Source: Fidelibacterota bacterium (GTDB lineage Bacteria > Bipolaricaulota > Bipolaricaulia > UBA7950 > UBA9294). Taken from it: a stretch of 28,961 nucleotides of DNA. Under the pieces are notes generated by a model. That model worked only from the letters and a program-made list of their open reading frames with translations, made no database searches and was not told the DNA's origin. Below are positions 16,290-25,353 of this stretch, piece by piece (position 1 is the first letter of the stretch; every line of letters starts with the position of its first letter). The position numbers and the translations under genes are program-made. The stretch is from the NCBI GenBank assembly GCA_024278395.1, contig JAJRTG010000081.1, positions 1 through 28,961 on the forward strand, read 5' to 3'.

Positions 16290-17825
16290 ATGGCACGATA
16301 CCTTCTCGGAGTGGACGTGGGCACACAGGGGACCAAGGGGGTGCTCGTCCGGACGGACGGGAGCATCGTCGGAACAGCGAGCGCGGCCTACGGGCTCCTC
16401 CACCCCCGACCGATGTGGGCCGAGCAATGGCCGGACGTGTGGTTGGATGCGACGGGCGCGGTCATCCGGAAGCTCCTGGACCGCCCCGGGGTCTCCCCGC
16501 AGGAGGTGGCCGGGGTGTGCATCAGCGGGCTGTACGGTGGAAGCGGGATCCCGCTCGATAAGGACATGAAACCGGTGCGGCCGTGCCTCATCTGGATGGA
16601 CCGGCGGGCGACGGCCGAAGTGGAGTGGATCACACGTAACGTCGACCTGGAGCGGTTGTTCACCGTGACCGGAAACTGGGTCGACAGCTACTTCGGCTAC
16701 CCCAAGATCCTGTGGATCAAGCGGAACGAGCCGGACAACTGGAAGCGGATTGCCCTGTTCCTCCCCCCGAACTCGTACATCAATTACCGCCTGACCGGCG
16801 AGATCGCGATCGACCACTCCTCGGCCGGGAACCTCGGCGGGCTGTACGACATCCGGGCGCACGCCTGGTCGGAGGAGACGGCCCAGGCGCTCGGGATCCC
16901 GCTCGAGCTGATGCCGGAGCGCATCGTCCCCTCCGAAGCGGTGATCGGCGAGGTGACCGCGGAGGGATCGCGCCTCACCGGGTTGGCCCCCGGGACCCCG
17001 GTCCTCGGGGGCGGGGTGGACGCCCCGATGGCGACCTTCACCGCCGGGGCGCTCGACCGCGGGGACAACGTCGCCATGATAGGGACATCCACGTGCTGGG
17101 GGATCATCCACACCGGGGGGAACTTCGCCAAGGAGCTGGTCTCCATGCCGCACGTGATCGACGCCGAGCACCGCACCTACACCTGGGGGGGATCGGCGAC
17201 CTCCGGCGCGCTCGCCAGCTGGTTCCGGGACGCGGTGCGCGGGGGGACGGATTCGTTCCGCGATCTCGACCGAGCGGCGGCGGACGTGCCGCCGGGAAGC
17301 CAGGGGCTGATCGCGCTTCCCTACTTCATGGGCGAGCGGGCGCCGCTGTGGGACCCGGGGGCGCGCGGGGCGTTCGTCGGGTTGACGCTGTCCCATACCG
17401 CGGGGCACCTGTTCCGGGCGCTCCTCGAGGCGACCGCCTACTCCCTGCGCCATGCGATCGAGACCGGGGTGGAGATCGGACTCCCGCTCGCCCCGGGGAC
17501 GACGGTTGTGGGCGGGGTGGCTAAATCCGAGCTGTGGCTATCGATCCTCGCCGACGTCATCGGCCGGCCAGTCCGCACCCTCGCCACCGAGGGGATCGGC
17601 GCCCCGCTCGGGGACGCGTTCCTCGTCGGGCTAGCCGCCGGCGAGTTCGCGGACTACGGCGAGATTCGGGGATGGATCAATTACAACAACACGGTTGCAC
17701 CCGACCCCGTCCGAAAGACGGTCTACGATCGCTATTACCGGCTGTACCGCGACCTCTACCGCGACCTGCGCGCCGACCTCCACGCGCTCTCGGAGCTGTC
17801 CGCGGATCAGGCGAACACGCGGTAG
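16290..17825 (+). CDS. FGGY-family carbohydrate kinase (xylulokinase/ribulokinase-like), 511 aa
   Basis: LLGVDVGTQGTK (phosphate-1 motif), WAEQ, CLIWMDRR, GGGVDAPMA, LPYFMGERAPLWDPGARGAF, ALLEATAY. AAGGAGG/GAGGT RBS before ATG 16290. Confidence 0.93.
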   Translation: MARYLLGVDVGTQGTKGVLVRTDGSIVGTASAAYGLLHPRPMWAEQWPDVWLDATGAVIRKLLDRPGVSPQEVAGVCISGLYGGSGIPLDKDMKPVRPCLIWMDRRATAEVEWITRNVDLERLFTVTGNWVDSYFGYPKILWIKRNEPDNWKRIALFLPPNSYINYRLTGEIAIDHSSAGNLGGLYDIRAHAWSEETAQALGIPLELMPERIVPSEAVIGEVTAEGSRLTGLAPGTPVLGGGVDAPMATFTAGALDRGDNVAMIGTSTCWGIIHTGGNFAKELVSMPHVIDAEHRTYTWGGSATSGALASWFRDAVRGGTDSFRDLDRAAADVPPGSQGLIALPYFMGERAPLWDPGARGAFVGLTLSHTAGHLFRALLEATAYSLRHAIETGVEIGLPLAPGTTVVGGVAKSELWLSILADVIGRPVRTLATEGIGAPLGDAFLVGLAAGEFADYGEIRGWINYNNTVAPDPVRKTVYDRYYRLYRDLYRDLRADLHALSELSADQANTR

Positions 17826-19225
17826 CGGATCCCGAGCATCCGCGCCGTCCAGATCAACTCCTCGGTCCAGTCCCCGTAGGCGGCGTGGATGTGGTTCGAG
17901 TCGTACTCGGCCAGGAACTCCTCCGGCCCGACCTCAAACCGGGTGAACGCGTGCGGCCACTCGATCTGGGTCGCCTGAGCCTTGCGCTCGGCCTCGTCAC
18001 GCGGCAGCTCGATGAACTCGCCCGGGACGATCGCCAGCCAGTACTCCCCTCTGCGGCGGGCGAGGCGGGCGAGGGTCACCTTCCCCGGAGCGGCGATGTG
18101 GCGGACCGACGCCCCCCCGGCCGGGAAGTAGAACCCCTGCGGGTAGAACTCGACCTGGGGGAGGTTGTCGTCGGGGTCATATGACCGCCCGGCGAAGTAG
18201 GTCGGGTGGTTCCCGGAGTTGCACAGATCGAACACGCCGAGTTCGGCGTCGTAGTGGCGCAGATCGGCGAACATGACCGGGGTTCCGGTGATGTGCTTCA
18301 TGATCTCCATGGTGAGCGCCCCGTCCATATCGGCCTCGGTGGCGGTGACGATCGGGGCCTTCGGCCCGTTCCAGTCGTAGGGATCGTTCAGGAACGCCTC
18401 GGTCACGTCCATGGTGACGAAGTTGTCGGTGAGCTCGGGCTGTCCCTTGATCCCGAGGAAGTCGAGCCGCTTCTCCTTCGCCATCTCGCGCACTGCGATA
18501 TAGCTTCTGATCTGGAGCTTCAGCTTCTCCGGGGTGAGCTGCTTTCCGTCGTAGCGGATCTTCCCCACCTTCTCCGTAAGCCAGGTGAACGCGCGCTTCA
18601 CCTCGTCGTCCGGAGCCTCACCGGACCGCCGCACGATCTCGTACTGGTCGATGTGCTCGACGTCGATCCCGAACAGGCTCATCCACTGGTCGGTGTTGGC
18701 CACCGCGGTGTACATCCCCATCGGCCGGCCGCCGAACAGGCCGTAGGTCTCACCCCGCAGCCGGGCCACGGTCGAACCGGCGCGGATGAACGCCATCACC
18801 CGGCGCAGCACGCGCTCGTCCCCGATGTCGCCGGAGATGCGGCCGTGCAGCGCCCCGATCTGATCGAGCGCGCCGGCGGAGGCGAGCATCCCGACCATCC
18901 CCGGATAGCGGGGGTTGATGTTGGAGAACAGCAAGAACGGACCTGGAGCGAACCGGGAGGCGATCGCCGCCAGGTGGGGGAAGCTCCACACCGCGAAGTT
19001 GAACACCGTGAGCTCGCAGCCCTCGTTCGCCAGCCGCTGCGCCTCGTTTCTCGCCAGCTCCGCGGTCCAGACGATCTCCCGGGCCACTACCGGTTCCACT
19101 TCGCCGGTCGCCTCCAGCGCCGCCGCGAGCTTTTCCTGAAACTCCAGGTTTAGTCCCTCCAGCTCCTTGTGCACCGACTCCCGTCCGTCGGAGAAGGTCA
19201 GGATCCCCACCTTGCGCTTATCCAT
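17807..19225 (-). CDS. L-fucose/D-arabinose isomerase-family protein
   Basis: VGILTFSDGR, GGRPMGMYTA, GIKGQPELTD, ATEADMDGALTM, DLCNSG and H-AF/H-H-YGD resemble the FucI/AraA isomerase family. AAGGAGG RBS. Confidence 0.85.
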   Translation of the reverse strand: MDKRKVGILTFSDGRESVHKELEGLNLEFQEKLAAALEATGEVEPVVAREIVWTAELARNEAQRLANEGCELTVFNFAVWSFPHLAAIASRFAPGPFLLFSNINPRYPGMVGMLASAGALDQIGALHGRISGDIGDERVLRRVMAFIRAGSTVARLRGETYGLFGGRPMGMYTAVANTDQWMSLFGIDVEHIDQYEIVRRSGEAPDDEVKRAFTWLTEKVGKIRYDGKQLTPEKLKLQIRSYIAVREMAKEKRLDFLGIKGQPELTDNFVTMDVTEAFLNDPYDWNGPKAPIVTATEADMDGALTMEIMKHITGTPVMFADLRHYDAELGVFDLCNSGNHPTYFAGRSYDPDDNLPQVEFYPQGFYFPAGGASVRHIAAPGKVTLARLARRRGEYWLAIVPGEFIELPRDEAERKAQATQIEWPHAFTRFEVGPEEFLAEYDSNHIHAAYGDWTEELIWTARMLGIRYRVFA

Positions 19226-19260
19226 CTTCAGCTCGTCCTCCTTTCATATCGTGAAAATAG

Positions 19261-20295
19261 TCAAGTCACCCTGCGGATCTCCTCTACCTCCGCCTCCGCG
19301 ATCTCAACGTGCCTGATGGCGGCCCGGCGGTAAGTATAGGTGATGTGCAGGGTACCGTCCCGCCCCTGGATGACCGCCGGGTAGCTGTACTCCCCCGGTC
19401 CCTCCTCGATGGTTACCGACCACGGCCAGCTCTCCCCGTCATCGGGTGAGAACGAGACAACCAGCGGGCTGCGCTTCCCCCACCGGTCGAACCCGACCGG
19501 CATCCGGGCCGGCCAGCGCTCGTCGAGCCCCGGCGGGACAGGGGGCAGACCGACTGGGTTGTGCACCAGCGCCAACAGACCGGAACGGAGCCGGACCATG
19601 TCGATTCCGCTGTTGTTGTTCGGAAGCGGCGTTGGGGCCGGAACGGTCCACGTCTCGCCGAGATCGCGGGACTCGCTCCGGTAGATGTATCCCTCCTGAC
19701 TGCGCATGTAGGCGAGAAGCGCTCCGTCACCCAGACGGACCACCGTCGGCTGGATCAGGTGCGCTCCGGCCACGCGGCCGAGGTCGCCGATGATCTCCCA
19801 GGTCCCCCCGTCGTCCGTGGAGCGGAGGAACGCGGCGCTCCAGGACCGCTCCCACTCGACCGGGAGAATCCACACCCCGTCCCCGTGGAACGGCTTGGTC
19901 CTCCCCAGCAGTCCCTTGGTCTCCACCAGGAGCTCGAGGTCGGTCCAGCTCTTGCCGCCGTCGAGGCTCCGCTTGAAGAACAGATAAGTGTCGCCGCTGC
20001 ACCACCGCCCGTAGTTCACCCCGACGACGAGCCACACCTCGCCGGAGCGCGGGCCGAGGAACACCCGGGGGTTGGCCGGAGCGCGGCGCGGGACGTCCAC
20101 CCACACCGCGGGGGCACTCCATTTCTTTCTAGTGACATTGAATCTAGTTCCCAACACCACCGAATCCGGGGAGCCTTCCCGCATCCCGGCGTAGCAGCAC
20201 GCGAGGAGGTCGCCGTCTTCCAGCTCGCAGACGCTCGAGGCGTGCATGCTCGGGTATTCCGGGGACGGCTCGATGCAGAATCGACGCTTCATCAT
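19261..20295 (-). CDS. Cytoplasmic BNR-repeat sialidase-like protein (predicted neuraminidase family)
   Basis: Four Asp-boxes (SLDGGKSW, STDDGGTW, SRDLGETW, SPDDGESW), HASS..., IQPTV, EYSYP. No signal peptide. ATG overlaps the upstream permease TGA. Confidence 0.87.
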   Translation of the reverse strand: MMKRRFCIEPSPEYPSMHASSVCELEDGDLLACCYAGMREGSPDSVVLGTRFNVTRKKWSAPAVWVDVPRRAPANPRVFLGPRSGEVWLVVGVNYGRWCSGDTYLFFKRSLDGGKSWTDLELLVETKGLLGRTKPFHGDGVWILPVEWERSWSAAFLRSTDDGGTWEIIGDLGRVAGAHLIQPTVVRLGDGALLAYMRSQEGYIYRSESRDLGETWTVPAPTPLPNNNSGIDMVRLRSGLLALVHNPVGLPPVPPGLDERWPARMPVGFDRWGKRSPLVVSFSPDDGESWPWSVTIEEGPGEYSYPAVIQGRDGTLHITYTYRRAAIRHVEIAEAEVEEIRRVT

Positions 20296-21125
20296 CCCTT
20301 CGACCCCGATCCGGCCAGGGTGAACCCGCGGATGATCTGGCGGCGCAGCAGGAGGAAGACGAACAGCGAGGGGAGAGAAGCCATGAACGCACCGGCGAGG
20401 ATCAGCCCGTAATCGATCTCGAACGCCCCCTGCAGGAGCTTCAACCCGACCGGGAGCGTCACCATCTGGGATTTGCGCAGAACGATCATCGACCAGAAGA
20501 ACTCGTTCCACGCGAAGTTGAACATGTACACCCCGAACGCGGCGAACACCGGCTTGGAGACGGGGATGATCACCCGCGTCAGAATCCCGAAGCTGGAGCA
20601 CCCGTCGATCCGGGCCGCGTCCTCGAGCTCCTTGGGAATGTTGATGAAGAACTGGCGCAGGAGGAACACCCCGATCGGCATCGCGATCATCGGCAGGGCT
20701 ACCCCCTGGTAGGTATTGAGGAACCCGAACTTGGTCATCGTGAAGAAAAGCGGAATCACGTTCACCTGCCAGGGGAGGAGCATGAAGACGAGTAGAATCA
20801 TGAACAGCGTGTCCCTCCCCCGCCAGTGGAGCCGGGCGAAGGAGAACGCGGCAAGGGTGGAGACGATGAGAGAGCCGAGCGTCACTGAGCTCGCCACGAT
20901 GACACTGTTCAGGACCCAGCGTCCGAACGGCCACTGGGCGAACAGCCGCTGTACGTTCTCCAACGTGAAATGGGAAGGGATCCAGGAGGGAGGAATGCTC
21001 AGGATCTCCGGCCGCGGCTTGAACGCGGTATCGGCCATCCACAGGATCGGAATGATCCACGCAAACGCGATCCCGTACATGATGACATAAGGAAGAAACC
21101 GCTTGGTCGCTCGTAATGCCTTCAT
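20292..21125 (-). CDS. Carbohydrate ABC transporter permease (MalG/UgpE-like)
   Basis: Six TM helices, EAA loop 'IPKELEDAARIDGCSS', FNFAWNEFFW. Confidence 0.95.
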   Translation of the reverse strand: MKALRATKRFLPYVIMYGIAFAWIIPILWMADTAFKPRPEILSIPPSWIPSHFTLENVQRLFAQWPFGRWVLNSVIVASSVTLGSLIVSTLAAFSFARLHWRGRDTLFMILLVFMLLPWQVNVIPLFFTMTKFGFLNTYQGVALPMIAMPIGVFLLRQFFINIPKELEDAARIDGCSSFGILTRVIIPVSKPVFAAFGVYMFNFAWNEFFWSMIVLRKSQMVTLPVGLKLLQGAFEIDYGLILAGAFMASLPSLFVFLLLRRQIIRGFTLAGSGSKG

Positions 21126-22024
21126 TGCAACTCCGATTTAAGCCCGAGGAACTTCACGCCGATCAGCGTGAGGAGCAGGATCATGAGCAGGAGGATGACC
21201 CCGGCTGCAGCCGCCTTCCCCACCTGGAAGTAATCGAACCCGACCCGGTACAGGTAGAGGGCCAGCACCTCCGTCGATCGACCGGGCCCGCCGTCCGTCA
21301 TCAGGAGCACCTGTCCGAAGGTGCGGAACGCCGAGATGATGGTAAGTACCAAAGCGAACAGAAGCGACGGCTTGATCAACGGCAAGATGATGTGCAGAAA
21401 CTGATGCCGCGGCTTAGCGCCATCGATCGCCGCCGCCTCAAACAGATCCTGCGGGATCTCCTCCAACCCGGCCTGCAGGACCACCATCCGATAGCCAGCG
21501 AGCCACCAGGCGGTGGTGAACGCAATGGCCGGAAGTGCCCATGTGGTACTGGTAAGGAAAACCGGGGCCGACGGGACTACTGAGCTGAGCGTGTGCTGCA
21601 ACAGCCCGAAGTCACGGTCGAGCAGCCATTTCCAGACAATCGCCACGATGGAAACGGTGAGCAGGTACGGGAAGAAGAGGATCCCCTGCACCGCGGTCGT
21701 TCCCCGGCGGGACTTCCCCCATCCCCACATCATGAGCGCGAACAGGAAGCCAAACCCTATGATGAGGGGGATCGTCATCGCGGCGAATTTGAACGTGTTT
21801 CCGAACGCGTTCCAGAACCGCGGTTCATGGAAGAGCGTGATGTAGTTCGCCAGCCCGACGAACTTCGAGCCGCGCATCGGGTTCCAGTCGAACAGGCTGA
21901 TGTAGATTCCGTATCCCACCGGCCAGGCGAGGAAGACCGCCCACAGGCTGACGAACGGGAGGACGTACAGCACCCCCTCCAGTCCTTGGTGCCTATACAA
22001 GAATTCGCCTAATCTTTTGCCCAT
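21122..22024 (-). CDS. Carbohydrate ABC transporter permease (MalF/UgpA-like)
   Basis: FVGLANY, EAA loop 'IPQDLFEAAAIDGA', ILLPLIKP-like segment, GGPGRST. Confidence 0.95.
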   Translation of the reverse strand: MGKRLGEFLYRHQGLEGVLYVLPFVSLWAVFLAWPVGYGIYISLFDWNPMRGSKFVGLANYITLFHEPRFWNAFGNTFKFAAMTIPLIIGFGFLFALMMWGWGKSRRGTTAVQGILFFPYLLTVSIVAIVWKWLLDRDFGLLQHTLSSVVPSAPVFLTSTTWALPAIAFTTAWWLAGYRMVVLQAGLEEIPQDLFEAAAIDGAKPRHQFLHIILPLIKPSLLFALVLTIISAFRTFGQVLLMTDGGPGRSTEVLALYLYRVGFDYFQVGKAAAAGVILLLMILLLTLIGVKFLGLKSELQ

Positions 22025-22032
22025 TTTAATAA

Positions 22033-22061
22033 GCGGGCGGGGCCGGCCGGCCTCCGCCCGC
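22033..22061 (-). other. Strong intercistronic stem-loop between the binding-protein and permease genes
   Basis: GCGGGCGG(A)GGCC-GGCC-GGCC CCGCCCGC, a 12-bp stem with one bulge, followed by TTATT. Confidence 0.7.
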
Positions 22062-22073
22062 GTCGCTCCTTAT

Positions 22074-23342
22074 TTATTTACCCTGTAGGATCTTGTTACA
22101 CTCCTTCTCCGCGTTGGCGAGAGCCTCCTGCGGGGTGATCTTCCCGTTCACCGCAAGCTCGATCTGGGCCTGAATGGCGTGCTCCAGCTCGGATCCGTGC
22201 GGGTTGTTGATCGGGAAGTGTACCAGCCCCTCCTGGGCCATCTCGTTCAACCACTTGCCCGACTTGATCCAGTAGTCGGACGCGAGGAGATCGGGGTTCT
22301 TCGCCTCGGGCTTGTACGCGGTGATGTGCCCGCCATACATCGTCCAGATGTGGGAATGCTCCGAGATGTACTTGATCACCTCGGCCGCGGCCATGTACAC
22401 CTCTCTGGGCGTTCCCTTCGGCTGAACCGGGATCACGATCTGGTGGCTGTTCCCCCAGGTGTATGGAGTGCCGAAGAAGCTCGGCATCTTCATGTAGCCC
22501 CAGTTTACCCCGCTGTTCTTCGCAGTCCCGTAGTACCAGTTCCCGGCGATGAGCATCCCGAGCTCCCCCGCGGCGAACTGGTCGTAGCCGTTGGTCCCAG
22601 GCTTGTTCCAGCCGAAGTCGTTGAAGATGTCAACGAGGAACTGGAGCGCCAGGAGCCCCTTCGGGTTGTTGAACGTGGCATGCGTGTAGTCCTTATCAAA
22701 CAGCTGGCCGCCCATCTGCCAGAAGAAGACGTACCACGCACGGCGGAGCTTGCGCGGGGCGGCGTCCTCCCCCGGATGGAACGCGTAGTATCCGGCGTCC
22801 TTGATCTTGTCGCAGGCGGTCATGAACTCGTCCAACGTCTGGGGCGGGTTGTTCGGATCGAGCCCGGCCTTCTCGAAGATGTCCTTATTGTACCAGATCC
22901 CCCAACCGTGGGTATCGAGCGGAATCAGGTAGTGGTGACCGTTCAGCTCGCCGGCCTTCCAGTTAGCGGATACGTAGTCGTCCGGATTGAACCCCGCCAT
23001 CTGAAGGATGTTCCCCACCGGGGAATCGTCGAGCGGAGTGAGGTAGTCGGCCATCTCCACGAGCTTGTTGGTGTGGCAGATCCCGATCTGCGGCGCGTTC
23101 CCGGCGATCACCGAGAGACGAAGCTGCGCGTAGTAATCGGTCCACCCGCCCTGGGTGAGCTCCACCTGGATGTCGGTGTGCTCTGCGTTGAACTGGTTGA
23201 TGATCTGCTCCATCGCCTTGGCGTCGGCCTCGTGGAACAGCGTGTTGAACGTGATCTTGATCGGCTGAGCCGCCAACGTCTGCAGCCCCACCACAAACAG
23301 CAATCCTACAAGCAGAATCCCAAGTTTCCAAGCTTTATGCAT
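22074..23342 (-). CDS. Sugar ABC transporter substrate-binding protein
   Basis: Signal peptide (TLAA|QP) without a lipobox, 'IWYNKDIFEKAGLDPNNPPQT', FAAGELGMLIAGNW. Confidence 0.94.
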   Translation of the reverse strand: MHKAWKLGILLVGLLFVVGLQTLAAQPIKITFNTLFHEADAKAMEQIINQFNAEHTDIQVELTQGGWTDYYAQLRLSVIAGNAPQIGICHTNKLVEMADYLTPLDDSPVGNILQMAGFNPDDYVSANWKAGELNGHHYLIPLDTHGWGIWYNKDIFEKAGLDPNNPPQTLDEFMTACDKIKDAGYYAFHPGEDAAPRKLRRAWYVFFWQMGGQLFDKDYTHATFNNPKGLLALQFLVDIFNDFGWNKPGTNGYDQFAAGELGMLIAGNWYYGTAKNSGVNWGYMKMPSFFGTPYTWGNSHQIVIPVQPKGTPREVYMAAAEVIKYISEHSHIWTMYGGHITAYKPEAKNPDLLASDYWIKSGKWLNEMAQEGLVHFPINNPHGSELEHAIQAQIELAVNGKITPQEALANAEKECNKILQGK

Positions 23343-23389
23343 GATTTAGATGCACCTCCCTTTCATTTTCGGTTCCGATCGCCCAGATG

Positions 23390-24322
23390 CTATTGCTCCT
23401 TGTTACCACCCCCCTTCTCCATCAACTGTGCCGCTCGTTTTTCTATCGAACCAAGCTGCACCTCGAGGGATGCAACCTCCTCGGTCGGTGCAGGACGGAG
23501 GGGAGGGACAGGAGGACCGACCTCCCATCCCATGAGCGTCAATGCCTGCTTGATGGTGGGAACGTTACCGCGGCGAGTGGCGCGACACAGCTCGATTATC
23601 GACATCTGGAGTTTCTTCCCTTGTTCGTGGTCACCGCGTTGCGCAGCCCGGTAGAGGGCCGTGTAGAGCGTCGGAAAGACGTTCGCCCCGCTTGAGACAA
23701 GCCCGCTCCCACCCATCGTGAGGAGCGGTAGCCCCATCTCGTCCTTGCCGATCAAAAGGTGAACCTCGTCGGCCAACTCGAGGTACTCTTCCCACGCCTC
23801 CCAGTCCCCCCGACTGATCTTGGCTCCGACGATGTTTTGGGCATCCGCGTGCAAAGCATTGAGCAAGTCAGCATCCAACGGGTTTCCCGTGGTCGACGGG
23901 ATGTCGTAAAGGAACAGCGGCAAGTCCCCGATCGCCGATGCGATTTCCAAGTAGTGCGCGCGCAATTCCTCTTTTGTGAACCGGTATCGACACGGAGGAG
24001 CGACCGCGACTGCCGCCGCTCCGATCCTCGCGGCGTGCCGCGAGAGGGCGCAGGCGGCGGCGGCGCGATCATGTCCGGTGTGCACGATGACGGGAATGCT
24101 CCCCGCGGCGGTCTCCAACACGGCCTCGGCGAACTCCTGCCGCTCGCCGACGGAAAGGAGCGTCCCCTCGCCGGTGGTCCCCAGTATGTACAGCCCCGTG
24201 ACCCCGGCTTCGACGAACCTATCGATAAGCCCCGGCAGAACCTCGGGGTCGGGCGTCCGTCTTTCGGGATCCCACGGGGTGACCATCGCCACCCACACAC
24301 CGCTGAAGTTCGCTGCCTTCAT
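23390..24322 (-). CDS. DHDPS/N-acetylneuraminate lyase-family class I aldolase (probably not a true DapA)
   Basis: GTTGEG, YDIPSTTG (lacks the DapA-typical Arg of YNVPSRTG), Schiff-base Lys in IVGAKISRGD. Located inside a sugar operon. Confidence 0.9.
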   Translation of the reverse strand: MKAANFSGVWVAMVTPWDPERRTPDPEVLPGLIDRFVEAGVTGLYILGTTGEGTLLSVGERQEFAEAVLETAAGSIPVIVHTGHDRAAAACALSRHAARIGAAAVAVAPPCRYRFTKEELRAHYLEIASAIGDLPLFLYDIPSTTGNPLDADLLNALHADAQNIVGAKISRGDWEAWEEYLELADEVHLLIGKDEMGLPLLTMGGSGLVSSGANVFPTLYTALYRAAQRGDHEQGKKLQMSIIELCRATRRGNVPTIKQALTLMGWEVGPPVPPLRPAPTEEVASLEVQLGSIEKRAAQLMEKGGGNKEQ

Positions 24323-25314
24323 GTCGACCCTCGCACTGTGAGCGTCACCGGCACACGAACCTCCTTGACCGCCCCTTCCCCACCGCCCTCGAACCGGGCG
24401 AGCAGGATTTCCATCGCGATTTTCCCGATCTCATACGGATTTTGTGTGACTGCTGTGAGCGGCGGTTGAAAGAGCTCTCCCAAATCCAGGTCGTCGAAGC
24501 TTACAACCGCCATGGTCTGCGGAACGGCGATCCTCCGCTGCGCGAGGGTCTTGAGCACCCCCACGGTCATAAGGTTGTTCGTGCTGAAGATCGCGGTGGG
24601 CGGATTGGGGAGGGAGAGGAACTTCTCCGTAGCCCTCTGTCCCCCCTCAACCCGGTACCCACCGTAGGCGGCGAGCTCACCGGAAAAGTGAAGGCCCGCC
24701 TCATCGAGTGCCTTCCGGTATCCGCCCAGGCGCTCCTCGGTGGTCGTCGCCCCCTCGATGCCGAGGATGATTCCGATCCGCCGGTGACCCCGTTCGATCA
24801 GGTGTTTGGTCGCCTGGTAGCCGCCGTCGATGTTATCGGAGAGGACGGCGTCGGCCTCGATCCCCTTGGCGCGCCGGTCGATGAAGACGAACGGCGTCTT
24901 CCAACGCGGAAGCTCCTGCACCGCTTCGCTCGATCCGTCTCCCACCGGAGAGATGAGAAGCCCATCCATCTGTCGGCGACGGAGGAGCCGCACGTAGCGG
25001 TCCTCCTTCTGGGTCGATTCATCGCTGTTGCACACGATCAGGGAATAACCGGCCTCGATCGCCGCATCCTCCGCTCCGCGCACAAGCGTGGCAAAGAATG
25101 GGTTCGTGATATCCGAGACCACCGCCCCGATCGCATGCGTCCTACGGGTGCGGAGCGACTGGGCGACAGCGTTGGGGTGGTAATCGAGGGCCTCCATCGT
25201 CCGCCGCACCCGCGCCGCCGTCTCCGGCGCCACCGGACGGGTCCCGTTGATCACATGCGAGACCGTTGCTACAGAGACCCCAGCTGCACGTGCCACATCC
25301 CTTATCGTGGCCAT
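24319..25314 (-). CDS. LacI-family transcriptional regulator
   Basis: ATIRDVARAAGVSVATVSHVING HTH, YHPNAVAQSL hinge, periplasmic-binding-protein-like effector domain (PTAIFSTNN, VVSFDD). Confidence 0.96.
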   Translation of the reverse strand: MATIRDVARAAGVSVATVSHVINGTRPVAPETAARVRRTMEALDYHPNAVAQSLRTRRTHAIGAVVSDITNPFFATLVRGAEDAAIEAGYSLIVCNSDESTQKEDRYVRLLRRRQMDGLLISPVGDGSSEAVQELPRWKTPFVFIDRRAKGIEADAVLSDNIDGGYQATKHLIERGHRRIGIILGIEGATTTEERLGGYRKALDEAGLHFSGELAAYGGYRVEGGQRATEKFLSLPNPPTAIFSTNNLMTVGVLKTLAQRRIAVPQTMAVVSFDDLDLGELFQPPLTAVTQNPYEIGKIAMEILLARFEGGGEGAVKEVRVPVTLTVRGST

Positions 25315-25332
25315 CCACCCCTCCATAGTAAT

Positions 25333-25353
25333 CGTTTACCGTAAACGTTTTAC
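25333..25353. promoter_or_regulatory. Candidate LacI operator(s)
   Basis: GTAAACGTTTTAC with the central AAACGTTT typical of LacI-family operators (25341-25353), overlapping a second palindrome CGTTTAC-C-GTAAACG (25333-25347). Sits at the predicted transcription start. Confidence 0.7.

Noticed and set aside
20296-21060. 255-aa N-terminal extension of the sialidase ORF in the supplied track
   Set aside because: Overlaps the permease in another frame. The real start is the ATG at 20295/20292, coupled to the permease stop.
23390-24322. dapA (lysine biosynthesis)
   Set aside because: Lacks the DapA-typical Arg (YNVPSRTG) and lies within a sugar catabolic operon.
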